Below, in pieces: positions 57,819 through 64,000 of a stretch of DNA of 64,000 bases. A program made the position numbers and the translations under genes. Position 1 is the stretch's first letter, and the number at the start of each line of letters is the position of its first letter. The DNA is taken from positions 43,360,001-43,424,000 of the forward strand of contig CP086569.2 of assembly GCA_009914755.4 (NCBI GenBank). The letters are read 5' to 3'. The DNA comes from the human T2T-CHM13v2.0 reference genome, Homo sapiens. Below the pieces are notes generated by a model, which saw nothing but the letters and a program-made list of their open reading frames with translations, was not told where the DNA came from and did no database searches.

Positions 57819-59917
57819 ATATTTTTTAAATGAAAAAAAATTTCAAAGGTACTCTGCTTGGTACAATAATCAAATGTATAAACTGAGGAATAAAACATAA
57901 CCATGAAACCTACTTATAACTGCATATGGAAAATACAGAGGATAATTTTTTAAATAACATATTTTGAAAGCCTTAACTAGTAATTTGAAGAGCTGGCATT
58001 TGAAAGGCCAGTATGAATATACATTCAAATCAGCAACACAGGTTCCCCATGAGAAAAAGCAAACACAGGGAAAATAAAAACACAAAGGTTCAATCTCTTC
58101 TGACCTTTGAAAGACACAGCACAGACAGTGGTCCTTAGGACGAAGAGCAGGAGACCCCTAATTCCGTCACCATGGCGATAGGGCATAAACATTGCTGGGT
58201 GAGGGCACAATCCACATTGTGAGGTCCAACTGCTGCCAGGAAGACAGGAGTGCTTTTACATAGACCGAAAGGTCATTGAAGGCTCAGAGTTTTGTTTCAA
58301 GAACTGAATCCCAAGCCCACACGTTATTAGGCTGCGCTTCTTAAAACAAGTTATGAGATGGGAAAAAGGGCACCCACAAACATACGTATACATTATGTAT
58401 ATAATAATATACAGTGTCATATATTTAATATATATAACCTATGTATAATATTGTTTTACATCCTGCATCTTATGTTATATATATTGTATAAAATATAATA
58501 ATTGATAATATATAAGTTTTATAATTATACAATATGACATATAGTATATATTATAATTTATGACATATATAATATATGTTATATGTCATATATAGAATAT
58601 ATTATACGGTTAATATACGTATTAAATATAAATTACACATTATATATATTATATATAATATATCTGTTATATATAATACCCATTATGCATAATATATATA
58701 TTATGTCTATGTTATATATAGTATAAAACAACATATAATAATATATAATTGTATATATAAAATGCGACATATAATATATATTATATTTTATAACATATGT
58801 AATATATATTATATATTATATATAATACGTTGTATGTATAATACCTATATTAAATATATATTATATGACTATGTTATTAATTACATGTCACATGTGTTAT
58901 ATATTATATATTTTACATAGAATATACCGGTTACATACAATATATACTATGTTACCTATAATGTATAATTTATTACATGTAAAATAAAGAATGCAATATA
59001 TTATGTATAATTTATAATATACCATATGTGGAATGTGATATATATAACATATAATATATGATATATGATATACAGTATATGATATATAACATACAATATA
59101 TGATTCCTAATATATATTGTATACAATATATATTTTATGATATGTATTCTATATGTTTTATATTCTGTTATATATAACTATTTGAAATTATATATAACTG
59201 TATAATATTTTATGTAAATATGTAATATAATATATATAACTATATAATATATTACATATAACTATATATTATGTTATATATACTTTTATAACATAATTTA
59301 CATAAAATATCATAATGTAATATATATTATATTATTTCATATTACATAATATATATTACATATCACCCAATATAACTAACATACATAATATTATAATATA
59401 GATTATATTGTGTTATATTAAATATCATATATATCATGTATCATATATTCTATAATATATATTACACATTATATAATATGTATGTTGTCTATTATGTGAT
59501 ATATATAACTATATATATAATTATATTTTTATACATATAACTAGATAAACATGTAATTCTACATATTTTCATTTATAATATGTAGAATTATATAATCATA
59601 TATAATTATTTATATTCTATAAAAAATTTTATCATTATATAAATTATAATATATAAAAATTATAATATGTACTACAAATATATATATTATATATCATATA
59701 TGATATAGTACCTTTGTTATATATCATAATACATATAAATGTGTATTATGTTATCTATAATTATATAATTTCATATATAAGATGTATAATATGTATCATA
59801 TATTATATATGTTATGTAATATATATAGTATATATAAGATGACACAGGATAAATATTATATACTATGACATATAAAATATATCAGGTTATATGTTACATA
59901 TAAGGCATAGCACATAA

Positions 59918-60238
<321 letters not shown>

Positions 60239-62360
60239 ATATTTTTTAAATGAAAAAAAATTTCAAAGGTACTCTGCTTGGTACAATAATCAAATGTATA
60301 AACTGAGGAATAAAACATAACCATGAAACCTACTTATAACTGCATATGGAAAATACAGAGGATAATTTTTTAAATAACATATTTTGAAAGCCTTAACTAG
60401 TAATTTGAAGAGTTGGCATTTGAAAGGCCAGTATGAATATACCTTCAAATCAGCAACACAGGTTCCCCATGAGAAAAAGCAAACACAGGGAAAATAAAAA
60501 CACAAAGGTTCAATCTCTTTTGACCTTTGAAAGACACAGCACAGACAGTGGTCCTTAGGACGAAGAGCAGGAGACCCCTAATTCCGTCACCATGGCGATA
60601 GGGCATAAACATTGCTGGGTGAGGGCACAATCCACATTGTGAGGTCCAACTGCTGCCAGGAAGACAGGAGTGCTTTTACATAGACCGAAAGGTCATTGAA
60701 GGCTCAGAGTTTTGTTTCAAGAACTGAATCCCAAGCCCACACGTTATTAGGCTGCGCTTCTTAAAACAAGTTATGAGATGGGAAAAAGGGCACCCACAAA
60801 CATACGTATACATTATGTATATAATAATATACAGTATCATATATATAATATATATAACCTATGTATAATATTGTTTTACATCCTGCATCTTATGTTATAT
60901 ATATTGTATAAAATATAATAATTGATAATATATAAGATTTATAATTATACAATATGACATATAGTATATATTATAATTTATGACATATATAATATATGTT
61001 ATATATCATATGTAGAATATATTATACGGTTAATATACGTATTAAATATAAATTATACATTATATATATTATATATAATATATCTGTTATATATAATACA
61101 CATTATGCATAATATATATATTATGTCTATGTTATATATAGTATAAAACAACATATAATAATGTATAATTGTATATATAAAATGCGACATATAATATATA
61201 TTATATTTTATAACATATGTAATATATACTATATATTATATATAATACGTTGTATGTATAATACCTATATTAAATATATATTATATGACTATGTTATTAA
61301 TTACATGTCACATGTGTTATATATTATACATTTTACATAGAATATACCGGTTACATACAATATATACTATGTTACCTATAATGTGTAATTTATTACATGT
61401 AAAATAAAGAATGCAATATATTATGTATAATTTATAATATACAATATGTGGAATGTGATATATATAACATATAATATATGATATATGATATACAGTATAT
61501 GATATATAACATACAATATATGATTCCTAATATATATGGTATACAATATATATTTTATGATATGTATTCTATATGTTTTATATTCTGTTATATATAACTA
61601 TTTGAAATTATATATAACTGTATAATATTTTATGTAAATATGTAATATAATATATATAACTATATAATATATTATAGATAACTATATATTATGTTATATA
61701 TACTTTTATAACATAATTTACATAAAATATCATAATATAATATATATTATATTATTTCATATTACATAATATATATTACATATCACCCAATATAACTAAC
61801 ATACATAATATTATAATATAGATTATATTGTGTTATATTAAATATCATATATATCATGTATCATATATTCTATAATATATATTACACATTATATAATATG
61901 TATGTTGTCTATTATGTGATATATATAACTATATATATAATTATATTTTTATACATATAACTAGATAAACATGTAATTCTACATATTTTCATTTATAATA
62001 TGTAGAATTATATAATCATATATAATTATTTATATTCTATAAAAAATTTTATCATTATATAAATTATAATATATAAAAATTATAATATGTACTACAAATA
62101 TATATATTATATATCATATATGATATAGTACCTTTGTTATATATCATAATACATATAAATGTGTATTATGTTATCTATAATTATATAATTTCATATATAA
62201 GATGTATAATATGTATCATATATTATATATGTTATGTAATATATATAGTATATATAAGATGACACAGGATAAATATTATATACTATGACATATAAAATAT
62301 ATCAGGTTATATGTTACATATAAGGCATAGCACATAACATGTAATATGTATCATATATAA

Positions 62361-62658
62361 TTTTTTTTTAGACAGAATCTTGTCCTGTTGCACAGGGTGG
62401 GGTACAATGGCGCCATCTTTGCTCACTGCAACTTCTGCCTCATGGGTCCAAGCGATTGTCCTCCCTCAGCCTCCCAGGTAGCTGGGACTACACCACACTG
62501 GGACTACACCAGCTGCCACCATGCCTAGCTAATTTTTTGTATTTTTAGTAGTGACAATGTTTCACTGTATTGGCCAGGATGGTCTTGATCTCTTTACCTT
62601 GTGATCCCCTTGCCTTGGCCTCCAAATTTGCTGGGATTACAGGCCTGAGCCAAGATCC
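62361..62658 (-). mobile_element. Alu SINE, copy 26 (domain-II variants plus 'ctcatgggtcc', 'ttttgtatttttag', private 'gacaatgtttcac')
   Basis: Same Alu sequence at the unit period. Matches copy 23 apart from the private changes. Confidence 0.92.
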
Positions 62659-64000
62659 ATATTTTTTAAATGAAAAAGAATTTCAAAGGTACTCTGCTTG
62701 GTACAATAATCAAATGTATAAACTGAGGAATAAAACATAACCATGAAACCTACTTATAACTGCATATGGAAAATACAGAGGATAATTTTTTAAATAACAT
62801 ATTTTGAAAGCCTTAACTAGTAATTTGAAGAGTTGGCATTTGAAAGGCCAGTATGAATATACCTTCAAAGCAGCAACACAGGTTCCCCATGAGAAAAAGC
62901 AAACACAGGGAAAATAAAAACACAAAGGTTCAATCTCTTCTGACCTTTGAAAGACACAGCACAGACAGTGGTCCTTAGGACGAAGAGCAGGAGACCCCTA
63001 ATTCCGTCACCATGGCGATAGGGCATAAACATTGCTGGGTGAGGGCACAATCCACATTGTGAGGTCCAACTGCTGCCAGGAAGACAGGAGTGCTTTTACA
63101 TAGACCGAAAGGTCATTGAAGGCTGAGAGTTTTGTTTCAAGAACTGAATCCCAAGCCCACACGTTATTAGGCTGCGCTTCTTAAAACAAGTTATGAGATG
63201 GGAAAAAGGGCACCCACAAACATACGTATACATTATGTATATAATAATATACAGTATCATATATATAATATATATAACCTATGTATAATATTGTTTTACA
63301 TCCTGCATCTTATGTTATATATGTTGTATAAAATATAATAATTGATAATATATAAGTTTTATAATTATACAATATGACATATAGTATATATTATAATTTA
63401 TGACATATATAATATATGTTATATATCATATGTAGAATATATTATACGGTTAATATACGTATTAAATATAAATTATACATTATATATATTATATATAATA
63501 TATCTGTTATATATAATACCCATTATGCATAATATATATATTATGTCTATGTTATATATAGTATAAAACAACATATAATAATATATAATTGTATATATAA
63601 AATGCGACAGATAATATATATTATATTTTATAACATATGTAATATATATTATATATTATATATAATACGTTGTATGTATAATACCTATATTAAATATATA
63701 TTATATGACTATGTTATTAATTACATGTCACATGTGTTATATATTATATATTTTACATAGAATATACCGGTTACATACAATATATACTATGTTACCTATA
63801 ATGTGTAATTTATTACATGTAAAATAAAGAATGCAATATATTATGTATAATTTATAATATACAATATGTGGAATGTGATATATATAACATATAATATATG
63901 ATATATGATATACAGTATATGATATATAACATACAATATATGATTCCTAATATATATGGTATACAATATATATTTTATGATATGTATTCTATATGTTTTA

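Overview
The whole 64 kb window is one head-to-tail tandem array (macrosatellite) of a ~2.42 kb composite unit, about 26 unit-equivalents, with 26 Alu copies. The window starts and ends mid-unit, so the array continues past both edges. Each unit has three parts: (i) a ~298 bp full-length, CpG-decayed Alu on the minus strand (poly-T on the plus strand at its left edge); (ii) a ~570 bp ordinary-complexity core at about 45% GC; (iii) a ~1.55 kb extremely AT-rich (about 85-90% A+T), TA-step-rich segment. The Alu marks this as primate (human-like) genomic DNA. It is not prokaryotic, and there are no rRNA, tRNA or CRISPR features. I find no credible protein-coding gene: every ORF in the six-frame track is a 61-77 aa repeat artefact that recurs once per unit and accumulates only amino-acid-changing differences. 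The interesting content is the array architecture. Units are 97-99% identical, far more alike than the Alu is to its consensus. The array is organised into sub-family blocks with higher-order repeats (HORs): an imperfect 3-unit (~7.24 kb) HOR at about 26-41 kb; a 3-unit (~7.26 kb) HOR at about 50-64 kb; and a 2-unit pattern at about 18-25.6 kb. There is a sharp domain boundary at about 46.58 kb, where an out-of-register junction (about 813 bp intra-unit duplication, 'ta' microhomology) makes a single 3,233 bp unit and separates two diagnostic-variant families. Unit length differs by block: 2414-2416 bp in the 26-45 kb block, 2420 bp elsewhere. I do not recognise the array as a named macrosatellite. 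D4Z4, DXZ4, RS447 and SST1 differ in unit size or composition.
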